Below, in pieces: positions 12,292 to 25,683 of a stretch of DNA of 64,000 bases. Both the position numbers and the translations under genes were made by a program. The stretch's first letter is position 1, and every line of letters begins with the position of its first letter. Location: assembly GCA_965235115.1 (NCBI GenBank), contig OZ249436.1, positions 34,908,001 through 34,972,000 on the forward strand. Reading direction: 5' to 3'. Source of the stretch: Laetmonice hystrix (lineage: Eukaryota). The notes below the pieces were generated by a model. The model saw nothing but the letters and a program-made list of their open reading frames with translations, was not told the origin of the DNA and searched no databases.

Positions 12292-15151
12292 ATGCCCCAA
12301 CATGCTACAACTTCAGTGCCCTCTAGCAGGAAACCGCCACACCAGACTTTGATAGACGAGCAGACGACATTAAGCCAGCGAATGATGTCAGAGGAAGGCA
12401 GTCACGTGACTCATACCGACAACATTCGGCGGGTCGCCTTTGCCAAGGGAACGAGCGCAGACGAAGCAGATCTCGCATTTCGGGTGACTGACACGGGACA
12501 TGATTTTTCAAACAGAAAGCTGAAAGTGAAAAGCCCACCTGTCAGTTTTAATGTCGCTGGTGGAAGGCGGCCAGGTGGTAGTGATGCCGTCTCCAAGGCC
12601 TCAAATTCAGTTTACAATTTCAGCTCTCGTGCCATGCTGACGGCCCGCCGACAAAATAACAAAACCAGTCTTCCGTACGACTATTCGGTTTTAGAAACTA
12701 TCTCTACTTACGTGAACCCAGAAATCATGGAGTTTTATTCGGCACACAAGTTCATTAACAGGACCTGTCCAGCTACGACAAATTTTGGCTGCGATGGTGG
12801 ACAGACCGAACACAGCAACAGATACAGGGATCGACAAACGGCCTCTCCCAAGGTTGTCGACGTCATCCCCAGAAATCTGCCCAACAGTAAGAAAGAACCG
12901 AGGGGAGTGTACGGGTTCTTTCCTCCCGTCAAGCTCAGGTCGCCTGCAGACTCAAACAGTGGTACGAGTGGTCATTGTGAGAGGTCGGTTAGCAAACGGA
13001 AACGAGTCAATATGGTAGGTGGATTTTAAGTCAAATCATTCTGTCTGCAGGGGCGTCGGAACTTGGAGGGGGGGGGGGTCTTCCTCGGGTAAAAATTCCC
13101 CTGTCCCCTTTATACTTCAAATATAACTTCGAACGCCCATAATACACGAAAAGCGTTTGACTATAGGGAGTTGGGGGTGACTATGGGGGTTGCCGCATTT
13201 TTTCTGATTTCTTATACAGTAGCATACTAATTATTCATAAGGTTTAAGAGTTTGGCTTCTTTCATTCTTAGTCCTGCTACATGCCAACTGTGCCTTTTAA
13301 ATATTTATTTGAATTTCAGAGTAAACCGTTACCTCATACAGCCCTCTGCTTTCTCACATAAAGTTCTACTGTATTATTAATTGTTATTGGCCATGCAAGT
13401 GACGTAAACAACGCGGGGGGTATAGCCGAGGTAGACTTAATCAGATTTCACCTCATGGTCACGCATGCAGCCCGTAAATAATCGGCTTTTAGTATTTAGA
13501 TCTACACCCGTGTATTTTATGCATGTATCTACTTACCGTAATAAATCAAATGTCGGAATCCAATGACTGTATAGGCCTACATAGTCCTATCTGAACTGGT
13601 CAGCTGTAAAATCGTGGTACCGATATGAATATTGAAAATCTGTGCTTAACTTCCACCACCCGGCGCGCCTGAACGTTATAGAAAACATCAGTGGCGAAAT
13701 GGGGGGGGGGGGAGATCTGGTCTAGAGGACTCCCCCGCGTCAATTTTTTTTCCATATAGTTTTCTGAATTAATTGTGTTGGACCCCCCCCCCCCCCCGCT
13801 CCATATATGCCAGATTTTTCCAAGGGACCCCCCTCCCTTCCAAATTCCTGGGTATATATCAATCTATTTTATTGTAGGCCTACATCTAGATCTATATCGA
13901 TCATTTTGCTCACACTTACCATTTTCCATTCTCTGGCAGTGTTGACTTTATTCATGTATTAAACGCGTTGTTCAAATAATCGTATAAATAGTTGTGGTTT
14001 TAGTGTTTACCGAATGAGGAACGAAAGACGTTTAAAATACACTGCGGCGATCGGTGGGATTAATGGTCATACCGTAATTCACTAAACCGACTTGGCCGGG
14101 GTGAGAACGCGGCCTCAAATCACGAAGTATTAATATGGAGTACTTAAGGCCTTTCAGGGTCAGACAAGTTTAAAAATATGCATGTCAAAGACTGCCTCTG
14201 CATGGTGTAAGCCCCTTAAAGCAAAGGCCTAAACTTGACTTGACACTTTACCCTCCAACTGTTTTGTTTTTCACATTTTTCACATAATATATTGCTGAGA
14301 TATAATAAAAGTCCCCTGCTGATGTTTTGTGCTGTGTATTAGTATCCTGTATATTATGATCAAATGTCAAGAAGAATTTATGAAATGTAGCTCTGTAATG
14401 TACTGTAAATTTTATCATAGGCTGAAGATGCTGTAGATTTTAAACCACTATATCCGGGTATCAGAACGTGAATACCCCTATGACATATTCGGGACGTGTA
14501 TGTTAACCCCTCTCGAGGGGGGGGGGTCAACCCGGTGCACCCCTACAGATACGGTCAGACTGGCAGCTGCCAGTTTAAATGAAAAAAAATATTAACCTTC
14601 CTAAACGATACCATTAGTGATCAATGCTGTGTCCTTGATCCTATAGAAGACGCCACCGTTCGTGCTGGAGTTGGCGCCGGAGGAGACGGGAGCAGTGGCC
14701 AGCTATCCGGACCCCGGTCCGGTCAGGGTGCCATCGGCCCGCTCAGACCCAGTGTGGACTACTTCCGTTAACAAGTCATTGTCCATGTCACCGCCCGTCT
14801 ACCCGCATCTCGCCTCCGAGCCAGCCTGTGATGACCTCACGTGAGTATAGGCGGGGGGACCTCCTCAGTGATACCCACAGGGGAAGGCCGTACAAGATTA
14901 GGGGTGAATGCTTTTATTCAAATAAGAAACGAAAATGTTGCAACGGTTGTTGTTTTCATCATGAATTGACCCATGCTCTGTGTATGAACAGGACGATGCC
15001 GAGGCCACGGATGATGGTCTCGAAAGGCGAGTTGCCGTGGGTGTACCGCTACAAAGTGAAGAAAAACATGAACGAGCTGAGTAAGATCATGGCCAGTCGA
15101 CCTGCAAAATCTTTGGACAGTTACTCGTTTACATACCGCTATGACCCATGA
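12292..15151 (+). CDS. 3-exon gene, about 358-aa uncharacterised Ser/Pro/Arg-rich protein
   Basis: Exons 12292-13014 (ATG|gtaggt, phase 0), 14647-14840 (ctatag|AAG...AC|gtgagt, phase 2), 14992-15151 (aacag|G). The splices join three separate ORF-track entries in frame. C-terminus is ...KGELPWVYRYKVKKNMNELSKIMASRP...YRYDP*. Confidence 0.7.
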
Positions 15152-15974
15152 TTGATCGACGACAGCGCCCCTCTCGGCAGGAAACGAGAACTACGTCTGC
15201 TGGTCGAGAGCTTCTCGACTAATGTACATGTACATATATGTCACCTATAGAGTCTTGTTCCTCCCATGCACTCTGGACCCGAACCGACTCGCTGTGAGGT
15301 GACCAAGTCTTTACGAAGAAAAACTGAATTTGGAGCTCTGTGGTTTGGCCTTGAGATTCGTTCGGGGTGACACACGCACAATATTTGTTCAAAAGCGTTT
15401 TGAAGCCACAAGGAAAGAAGATGGCCGAGAGGGCGACACAATAAAGCGTTTAAAGTGGTGACATAATTTTCGAACGAGTATCGAACGAGTATTTGCGACA
15501 TTGTTTGGGATGATCGAACCAAACGTTCAGTCAATAGCACGAGGCAACAGCACGAGTTTGTCTATAATACATGTTGTATTCCGTATTCTCCAAACAGCAC
15601 AACTCACTTAACTATTTACAAAGACAACTTGCGCATAATGTATTCTGATGACGTGAGTTATAGCATGTATGTGTATCACCCTCTATACGATAGTGTATAA
15701 TAAAACATGTTTGTGCATCCATTTTATTTTTAAAGAAATTTTACTCGGAAAGAAAGAAAGAAGAAAGGTTATAAACAATATATTATTAACTACTGGTACT
15801 TACTGACTGTAACATTAATCTTTAGATATTCAGATATAAAATTGTCAAATATTGAGGCCTATTTGTATGAGTGATGAAGTAGGTTTTCGTCTTGGCAGAC
15901 GTAGGGGCCGATAGTCGGCATTCAGTAGGTCAGGACACTTACAACCGACCATTGGGACAATATCCCCACAAGTT

Positions 15975-16961
15975 TCAGTGAAGGTTTCCGATTGCCTCCC
16001 GAGACAGAGGAGTATTGTGGTGCCAGGCTCGTACAAATCGCGGCCTCCTGTTGTTGTGAGCGCTGTGACCGTCCTTCTCGGCCTTAGACTGTCCCTTGAC
16101 GTACTGGCTAACCTTGGACACGAGGTGACACACCTGGCCCCCGAGGACCGCCCCAATACCCGGCGTCGCCATGGGAGCCGCCGCCTGGGTCTCCGGGTGA
16201 AGAATCTTGTCCAGCGGGTTGGATGAGAAGGGGGTCGCCATGGTCGGCAGAGGAGGTCCATGGACAGGAGCGGCCGCAAGAGCCGACAGTTGTAGCGCTG
16301 GGTGCTGACTGAGGCGGAGTTTGGGGGTGACGGGGTTGTCTAATTGTGCAGGAGTTGGCGCTGATCGATTCGCCGGGAGGAAGATGGGCCGATGTTCTCT
16401 CAGAGGTCTCCGGCGGCGGGCAGTGCAGCTCTTTACATGGCAACAGGGGGAGGTAGTCCCAAAGGGGGCACGGATAGCTCTGGTTGGTGTCTCCGTTGTG
16501 TCAGTGTCAGGTACTGGAGCTATCCGATTAGAGCTATGGTTGGGCATTTCGTCCATTCTTGAACTTGTCTCCGAAACCAGAAGTGTCCTGTTGGCCGGCG
16601 ACGTCTGCATCCTTAAGCATTCGCTAACAATGCACAGAAAGACCAGCAGGGCGATAGAAGCGAAAAGTGTTATCGCCATGATAGGTAGATACATACTGGA
16701 GATGCTGGAGTCGCCATCCGTGAAATCTTCGAGTGAGGGCAGAGAGGTGGATTCAGTGTTCCGATCCGACGGAGACTCGTTTTGCACAGGAACGTATCCC
16801 CACCATATATGTGCGTCCCAGGGGAAAATATAGGGAAGTACGGCAAACAGGTCCTGGGCAACCATTGTGTGGGTCCAGCACGACACTGTGTGAAATACAA
16901 TGTACACCCAAAGTAAATTTCTACTCTTCGAAACAGCAGGAACACACATGCACGGAGGCAT
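15975..16961 (-). CDS. 328-aa putative membrane protein of unknown family
   Basis: Long single-exon ORF with a good start context (ccgccATG) preceded by an acceptor-like ttttaattag. Has an N-terminal hydrophobic stretch, a clear TM segment (MYLPIMAITLFASIALLVFLCIVS) and a Pro/Arg-rich tail. Convergent with the 12292-15151 gene. Confidence 0.6.
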   Translation of the reverse strand: MPPCMCVPAVSKSRNLLWVYIVFHTVSCWTHTMVAQDLFAVLPYIFPWDAHIWWGYVPVQNESPSDRNTESTSLPSLEDFTDGDSSISSMYLPIMAITLFASIALLVFLCIVSECLRMQTSPANRTLLVSETSSRMDEMPNHSSNRIAPVPDTDTTETPTRAIRAPFGTTSPCCHVKSCTARRRRPLREHRPIFLPANRSAPTPAQLDNPVTPKLRLSQHPALQLSALAAAPVHGPPLPTMATPFSSNPLDKILHPETQAAAPMATPGIGAVLGGQVCHLVSKVSQYVKGQSKAEKDGHSAHNNRRPRFVRAWHHNTPLSREAIGNLH

Positions 16962-18603
16962 GGCGGAGGCCTCTCTAATTAAAACGAACTCTTCTTTTCG
17001 CTCTCACCCTACGAATTCTTAGCGTCCGTTAATGACATTGACGATATTTATAATATTCAACCATATACTTTGTCCCCAATACACCCTGGCACAATGGTAA
17101 TCATCGATTAAACCAACACTTGGCACCAATAAGAAAACACAACTTTGAATAGCGTTGACTTTGAATAGAATTGTTTCCCGCCAGACCCCCCTCCCCGAGC
17201 CCGAGCGGTTAAGTTAGTTAAGATTAATCTGAACCATAGATTTAACCAATCAGGCACATCTTCGCTTCAGCATATAGGCCTATCATAATATGCATATCCA
17301 ATAGGCCCTCTCTTTTTCCAAACCCCTCCCCAGCAGGTGGGACTAACGGTAAACCAAACCGGCCCACCGAACTAAACTGTCGACACTACCCCATCCCAGC
17401 CACTTAAAATCAACCTGGCTAACGTATCCGTAATGTGTAGATCTGACCTTTTCATGCTACAATATAGTCGATCTTAGAGCTCTCCATTAAATATTTAACT
17501 GTCTTAATAGGTCTATGCCCCGCAGACTGCTTGCTTACAGTAGGGTGCGCCTACCCCCCCCCCCCCCCCCGGATCCAGCCCTGCACTTCAGTGAGTACAA
17601 CACTTCCAGCAGAGAACGCAGTAAGGTCACCAAATGACGCTATCTTTTGTTTGGCAAAACCGATCTTTGCTTATAGGCTTGGGGCATTATAATCTAATTT
17701 TGACATTTTGATAAGAAGTACGTAACCTAATTCAATTAGATTCCAAGAGTGATTAAATCTGATTTAATTGACATATATTATATATTATTGGTACTTAAAG
17801 TATGTTACTTTATCGCTACAGGCTGCTCGAGGTGGATAGAGGCCATTACAGTTGCACAGTTTGCAGTATTATCGTTTCGAACCTCCACGCTAACAACGTC
17901 GATCTAGAATTTAACTACGCTGCTCGGAGGGTGCGGGGAGGGGACAGTCTTGTTGTAAGGATACAATATATCGGAAATCAGATGAATAAAATTGATTTCA
18001 AGATTGCAATTGATTTCGTCTTCACCGTTTATTCTTACCTTATGCACTGATTTACCTTTTTTCATGCCTAACCTAACCTTGGTGCATTGTTATGTCCCAT
18101 CAGTGGGACATACATAAAGTTTACTGTTAGTAGTGTTACCCCATCTTGAGTTGTCAAGCGGCATCGCGCATCCTGCATTCTACCCCTTGAGCCCAGCCCG
18201 GGCGAACCGGGCAGAAGTTGACCCTGAGGTTAACTTAAATGAATATTAATAGGACCTGTCATCGTCGCTCCACCCGCACTGATCGCTGAACGTTTATAGT
18301 TCAGCGATCCGGCCGTCGACCGACCGATCGCTGAGTAAACCTATGTGAACTTTGACCTGACGTCGAGCGATGGTCGGCCGATGGTCGGTCGACGGACTAT
18401 AAACCGGCCTTTAACAAAGGAAATTCCAAAGCTTAGCTCCCCTGTCATCGTCGCTTCGCGCTGGCATCCAAACATTGGGCCTACACTGGCCTGCTCGCGG
18501 CCCGGTGTTGCTAGCGCTGGCGCTGGCGCTGGCTGTCGCTCTCGGCCTCTGGGCCGGGGACGTTCCTACTGGCTAACCAAAAATGCACGCTAATTTTTAT
18601 TAA

Positions 18604-19733
18604 GGGGAAGGAGCACCGAAGCAAATCAGACCACTGCGCAAGTTTACGCGCATAGTAGGCCTACAGTGGCGCCCCAGTGGCACAGACAAGAACTAGCAGT
18701 CACAAATCCAGTGTCTCCATCTGCCAGGGCCCGGTTTCTCTTACACTCAAGTTTCACTCCACTCAGCAAAGTCACTCAGCTAAGTCGAGTGGAGTTGAGT
18801 GGATTATTCTGTTAGACTCAACTGAGTCAATTAGCTGAGTGAATCCTAGTAGAATGACTATGATATTTGACAGAACAGTCCTATTGTCATCACTCAGATA
18901 CTGTGACGTCACAATACTTTTGGAATTACTGAACAATAGGGCCTAATTTCTAACGTCACAATAGTAGCCGGCCTGTACCACTGCCACTGGCCACAGTGTG
19001 ACCTGCCATGGGAGGGGGGGGGGGGTGATTTGGGGCCCTTTTCAACATAAAAGGTGGTCACAGGGACACGTTTATCTGAAATGACATAGATGTCTTAGTT
19101 TATTTTGATGAAAATGGTCATTATCTTTAATTATAGGCCAAAACTGTATAAATACATTCACCACTAATTAGTTTGTAGGAGCAAAAAACCCGAATTTTGG
19201 GTAAAAATGGGTAAATTTCCTACAAAAAAGGGGTCCTACCAAAAAAATTACCCTGGAATGGTATTTTTTTTTTTACTGATTTGATGAGAGTTGGTCATTG
19301 TCTTTAATTTTAGCCAAAAAAATATAACATTTACTACCAGTTTTCTCCTGTTATTGAAAAAGGTGGGATTTTACGTTGAAAAATATATGCAATCACCTCA
19401 GCAAAAATACAAAATCTGAAAAAAATGGTTTAATCGGGATATTTTTTAGTACAGTGTGGTAGGTATGTTACATTTCAGTCCTTCTAGGTAAAAAAAAATA
19501 TACATTTGATATTATTTGATGTATTTCTTTTGCCTGAAACGAGACATGGAAGTGCGTCAGAATTTGCCATATTTTCAGGGAGGGGGCAGTTGAAAAACCC
19601 CCATACTACAAAAATTAGCATGGAAGCATATCATTTTTTTGGTGATTATGTGATGCTTACATGGTAATAAATTGAAAAAAAAACTCAAAAAATGTCAAAG
19701 TTTACTACTGAAATTTTACGGTCCTCCTTCCCC
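18604..19733. mobile_element. Non-autonomous Kolobok-like DNA transposon
   Basis: 15-bp TIRs ggggaaggagcaccg / cggtcctccttcccc (1 mismatch) flanked by TTAA at 18600-18603 and 19734-19737. GG..CC termini with a TTAA target fit Kolobok better than piggyBac (CC..GG). Confidence 0.65.
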
Positions 19734-20651
19734 TTAATCGCGCCTCAGGCATTGCTGTAATCTGGGGTCCCGTAGCAGGTGGAAAACAGATGGCGCTGTG
19801 AGCTACGCGTTTCTGAGAATAGGCGGGCAGGCGGGAGGGGGTGAATCAATGGAAGCGGTTCAACCCCAAACGGGGGAGGATGCTGTTACCCACAAATGGT
19901 TAAGGTTATACAGGGGCAGCGGAAGATCAAATTGGTTGGGGGGGGGGGTTGAACCGGGCCCCTATAAACATTTTGGATAAAAATTCACTGCTGAAATCTA
20001 AGTCTATCTCGTTCACGTTTCCTGTGTTCTTTTAGCTGAAGTTGTGCCCCGTGCGTGACATGTTGCCTGTTCAACCGTTGCAGTACCTAATCTAATGCGG
20101 ACGAATGTCTGTTTACATTACAAGCACCTGTTGGGGAATCCTCCGCCCCCTTGCGTGGGATGACAGCGTGAGAAACCACAAGATTTTATGTACCGTGGTC
20201 ACAGGCGGGTTGCAAAAAGTGGGACTTTCGGCGAGCCGCCTAATTCGCGAGGCAAAGGAGTCCCAACTTGCCCTCCAGAAATATCCGTTATTATGACTCA
20301 TTGGCCGAGTATCAGGCCAGTTCCTTGTTAAATAAGTTCAAATGATATCATTCGGGTTGGACAGGACCAGTTTGTGATTCTCTACTCAACTCAGGAATAG
20401 CGCCAAAATGGAATGAAATTGAAGATTCACATTGGCTAAAAACGTTCTTTGGAACGCCTGACTCTGAGTTGAGTAGGCCTAGATTTGAGTGAAACTCAGA
20501 CTTAAGTATTTTCGAGAAACCGGGCCTAGAACCTACTCAGTCCCTGTCAATGGCATCTTGAGTTGTCAAGGGGCATCGCGCATCCTGCATTCTACCCCTT
20601 GAGGTCGGCTGACCTTGAGGTCAACCTCATGAATATTAATAGGACCATGCA

Positions 20652-20753
20652 GGGGCTCGTTTCACTAAGACTGTACGAGCTCGTACATTTTGCTATTATG
20701 ATCTATAGAAAATACGAGCTCGTAAAATACGAGTGTTTAGTGAAACGGTCCCC
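20652..20753. mobile_element. Short PIF/Harbinger-like MITE
   Basis: Inverted ends gggctcgtttcactaa / ttagtgaaacggtccc. A related copy lies at 44917-45053, and the host repeat without this insert is at about 18143-18270. Confidence 0.65.
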
Positions 20754-21387
20754 TGGCATCGGCGTCATAGACTCGCCACTAACACGAAACGGTCTTGCCA
20801 GTAGGCTTTCTCGCTAAAATGCCCGATAGCATTATGCTTTTGCCTTGCCCAGTTCGCTGATACACAAATATGGATTTGCCGACTTCGCTAAGAAATCGGC
20901 GCTGAGATTGGCTCACTATGTGTGTAAGTTTATTTTCGTCCATTTTCTTTGCAGCAACAGGGAGTTAGGAAGGAGGAAATATTTTACTGATCCATCAGTG
21001 GTCAAACATCACTGGAAGCGGTTCAATCCTGAGCGTGGGAGGATGTGCCAATGGTAAAGTTGAAATTTCGGGCTCCGTCTTGTGCAGCCTTGATCATTAC
21101 GGCCCTAGCTAGAGCTCCAGGCTTGTGAGACGGGTGACCCAGTCTGAGTCTTGTGCTGCCATCTAACGACGGCTGAAATCAATGCCCCGCCATGCATAGC
21201 TGAGACTGCAGGAAGTCGGCTGTAGACTGTCGTGGGGGTTTAGAGCTTACATTATTCATGATCAGAGTACTGTTGTGACCAGTTCTTTTTCTGCGAGCCA
21301 AAACAACATTCAGTCATTTCTCTGCAGTCGGAGTCCCTCACTACTACGAGTGACGAGTAGGCTAACCGGAATCGGTTACTGCCCTAA

Positions 21388-22314
21388 TAGTCCAGGCGAC
21401 TGGTGCAAAAATTGCTCAGATGGTGATAAAAGCATGAAACTTTGCACAATGATACCCCAGGGTATACCAAGTATTTTTGGGGGCAGAGCCAATTTCTAAC
21501 TCATGTTCCCTAGCAACGGTTGCTAGGCAACCCGTTTTCCTTAGCTATATGCTGATAACATTGCATAGATTTATCATCAATCACATATTTAGACCCCCGC
21601 TCTGGGCTTTCTGCTTTTGATCTGCCCTCCATATCACGTTGTGTCCCCTCTGGAAAAATTTCTAGGGACAGGCCCCTAGCCATACACCATAGCCAGTTGC
21701 TATGGTGAATGTGTTCCCTAGCAACCGTTGCTAGGTAACATGAGTTAGAAATTGGCTCTGCTCCCAAAATACTTGGTATACCTTGGGGTATCATTGTGTA
21801 AAGTTTCATGCTTTTATCACCATCTGAGCAATGTTATCAGCATATAGCTAAAGAAAACTGGTTGCCTAGCAACCGTTGCTAGGGAACATGAGTTAGAAAT
21901 TGGCTCTGCTCCCCAAAATACTTGGTATACCCTGGGGTATCATTGTGTACAGTTTCATGCTTTTATCACCATCTATGCAATGTTATCAGCATAATATAGC
22001 TAAGGAAAACTGGTTGCCTAGCAACCGTTGCTAGGAAACATGAGTTAGAAATTGGCTCTGCTCCCCAAAATATTTGGTATACCCTGGGGTATCATTGTGC
22101 AAAGTTTCATGCTTTTATCACCATCTGAGCAATGTTATCAGCATATAGCTAAGAAAAACTGGTTGCCTAGCAACCGTTGCTATGGAACATGAGTTAGAAA
22201 TTGGCTGTCTCCCCAAAATACTTGGTATACCCTGGGGTATCATTGTGTACAGTTTCATGCTTTTATCACTAACTGAGCAATTTCACCCATATTTTGCACC
22301 AGTCGCCTGGACTA
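21388..22314. mobile_element. Non-autonomous Academ-like element with an internal 149-bp tandem repeat
   Basis: Perfect 23-bp termini tagtccaggcgactggtgcaaaa and its reverse complement; 3-bp TSD TAA (21385-21387, 22315-22317). About 4 units of 149 bp at 21715-22280 plus one inverted unit at the left end. Confidence 0.75.
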
Positions 22315-24710
22315 TAACCAAAACTATAAAGAAATCGAACCTGCATGACGACGGTAGGCCTAGGCCTAGATCTATGCCTTGCGTGTTGTGACTAGGCCTA
22401 TACTTGAACTTCTGTTCTGTGTGATTAGGCCTTACGTTAGTTCTTCAGTAATCGTGGGGCAGATGACTATACGGTCATCAGGCCCTTTCAATGACATTGA
22501 GCCCGCGTAAACCAACCTAAAATGTGGATTAGGCTAGCACCAACAAATCGCCTGAAACAGCTAGGACACTTGATACGACAATCATGAATCAGGGGCGGAT
22601 TTAGGGGGGCCGAAGGGGCCGCGGCTCCCCATTCGTCAGGGTACCAATCAGAAAAAAGGCAAAATGTTGTTGTTCGCAACTGTAAAAGCAAATATTTGCC
22701 TTTTCACTTAATTTCAGAAATGCAGGAAATGCATTTCAGAGACTGTTCAAAATTGTCCTGGGGCATGCTCCCGGACCCCTACCGCTAGGGCTCGGGCTTC
22801 GCCCTCGGACGACCCCCCCCCCCTACCTAACCCTAATCATATCTCACTATCTCAGTATCTGGGCCGAGACACTCCCATCTTCTGCCAAGTTTTGGAGTTC
22901 TGGGGCAACATCCAGTGTCAGAACCCTTTTGTCGCCCTGACCTAAATTAAAATCGGAGATAAGTTGACACTTACCGAAATGTTTTTTCTTTTAGCCCTCT
23001 ACAGATACAGAATATTGACGGTGAAACCATAGGCATAGACGTCTGATGATGGTGAAGCGAAGTGCGTAAGTAGTTTACGCCAATCTCCCGTTGCTAAGTG
23101 ACAAAATGTTGTGAAGTGAATGTCCACAACAATCGACACGTGTCATTGCATACTCCTTACGTCATAGATACCTATTATAGCATGTACGTCACATAGTCCC
23201 ATTATAAATGCGTCACAATTCATAGTGACGTAACATTATAAATGCGTCACAATTTATAGTGACGTAACAACTAACAGTGCCGGTGCGACCCCTGGCGGTG
23301 TTTAAATGTATTTAGAGCAGGGATTACGAAGTGCCCCGTCCGAGCTTTTAGTAGACCCTGAACTCAGGCCTACAGTGTGTGGGGAAAAGGAGTTGAGACC
23401 AACCGTCACCTTGGCGTGAGGCTACTTCTTCGAAGCAGGGGCGTCCGTATAGCTTGGCTGTAGGCACTTTTTTTTGCAGGGGAAGGGGGTTGGGCCAGGG
23501 GGTATTCCGTGTTGGCACACAGGCAAGGGTGTAGCCAGGGGGTTGCCCGGAACCCCCCTCCCCAAAAAAGATCATTAATAGATAATAATATTTAATACCA
23601 AATAGATCAAAATGAATGACTAATATTAGATCTATGGTTGGCAGTGGGGGACCGAGGATTTTGATAAGGGGGGTCCACCTAACCCGAGTAGGCATGACTT
23701 CGAGGCTCAATAAAAACGTCATAGGACGTTGGCATGAGTCGTTGTTGCTTGGATGTAGGCCTACCTGTGTAGGCCTAGGTTTCTTTGATTTTCACTAAAC
23801 CAAAAACCTGACAGTAGGAACAGGTCGGCTCGGTTGGTGTCCACGACTGAGGGAGAGATGAGGGTGAAACTCGAAGATCCGTGGACAACTCTTCTAAAGG
23901 GTTCTATAAATAGAACCCGTACCCCGTCACTGCAGTGTGCTTGCAATCTGCGGCATGGTTCCAAATCAGTTGACTCTCAATGGGCTATCGTGTGTCTCCA
24001 GACGCCAGATACGAACGTTAGGACTTGGACCCTGAAGAGTCAGACCAATCCCTGATTTGTTTTAGTTGTTTGATGTTAAACGATGTTAACTTTCCAAATG
24101 TTCCAGGTTTTTTTTCTTCTAGTTTCAGGGATGTATTAAAACGGATAGATCTATTCCAAGTAAAGGCTGAGCGAGACCGTCAGTTTACATCTAGCTTATA
24201 TTTGCGGACATAACAATTTCTCCGGACACATCTAGCTCATGTTTGTGGGCATATCTCCTGTCGGACATAACTAGCTAAACGCGCCAATGGAAATGCTACC
24301 ATTGGATATTACTAGTTCGATTTCTTCGCAGCCGCCCAGCGGCTAGCCGGCCGGCTAAACCGCGTCAATGGAAAGGCACCTTTAGGCCAGAAGCAAATAC
24401 TGGTGACAGTCCTAGATGCAACATGTCATTGTTTTACCGATACAATAAACCACGTGTTGCATTTCCATGAAGTTCAGTGCCTAGTAGGCGGCCTATTAGT
24501 AGGCTAGTAGGCATATAATAGGCCTAATAATGCGCCAAACGAAATTAACGACTATTTAGGCTACGATCCATCCCAGTGAAGAATCTAACTTCACAGTGAG
24601 CTCACTGTGACCTCACATTAAAGGTATGGAAATATCACATGGTTAGGTCACAGCAGACTCATTTTGAAGCAAGTAGGTTAACTCACTATAAAGTCACATT
24701 GTGAGGTCAC

Positions 24711-25275
24711 CATGTGAGCTAGCTGTGACCTTTCTATGAGTTTGCAAATCTCACACTGTGAGCTTTCTGTGAGCTTTTTGTGAGTTTGAACTCACCATGT
24801 GAACTAGCTGTGACCCCTCTGTGAGTTTGCACAACTCACAGAATGAGCTTCCTGTGAGTTGTTTGTGAGTTTGTACTACAAACTCACCAGGTGAGCTAAG
24901 TGTGACCTTTCTATGAGTTTGCAAATCTCACACTGTGAGCTTTCTGTGAGCTTTCTGTGAGTTTGAACTCACCATGTGAACTAGCTGTGACCCCTCTGTG
25001 AGTTTGCACAACTCACAGAATGAGCTTCCTGTGAGTTGTTTGTGAGTTTGTACTACAAACTCACCAGGTGAGCTAAGTGTGACCTTTCTATGAGTTTGCA
25101 AATCTCACACTATGAGCTTTCTGTGAGCTTTTTGTGAGTTTGAACTCAACATGTGAGCTAGCTGTGACTTCTCTGTGAGTTTGCACAACTCACAGAATGA
25201 GCTTCCTGTGAGCTGTTTGTGAGTTTGCAAGGCAAACTCACCAGGTGAGCTAACTATGATATATTTGTGAGTTTA
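24711..25275. repeat. Tandem array, about 178-bp unit, about 3 copies (left subterminal array of the EnSpm-like element)
   Basis: gtgacctttctatgagtttgcaaatctcacac recurs about every 178 bp. Confidence 0.9.
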
Positions 25276-25384
25276 TATTGTGTATTTTTAGAATTTATCA
25301 AAAACACAGTTATTATGGTTTAAATGTTTATTACATCATAATTAGTACAAAAAGGTCCATGTCCACACTGGAAGGGAAGAAGAT

Positions 25385-25683
25385 GGAGCTCAGTTCGTCA
25401 GACCATAGATCTAGTGCTCAGTTTGTCAGACCAGAGAGCTCAGTTTGTCAGCCCATAGAGCTCAGTTTGACAGCCCATAGAGCTCAGTTTGACAAACCAT
25501 AGAGCTGAGTTTGTCAGACCGTCCATAGAGCTCAGTTTGTCAGACCATAGAGCTCAGTTTGTCAGACTGTCCATAGAGCTCAGTTTGTCAGACCATAGAG
25601 CTCAGTTTGTCAGACCGTCCATAGAGCTCAGTTTGGCAGACCATCCATAGAGCTCAGTTTCTTAGACCAGATAGCTCAGTTTG
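25385..25683. repeat. Minisatellite, 21-26-bp unit
   Basis: Repeated ccatagagctcagtttgtcaga(ccgt). Confidence 0.9.

Noticed and set aside
15845..16978. Several overlapping ORFs of 80-170 aa
   Set aside because: Alternative-frame and antisense shadows of the GC-rich 328-aa ORF.
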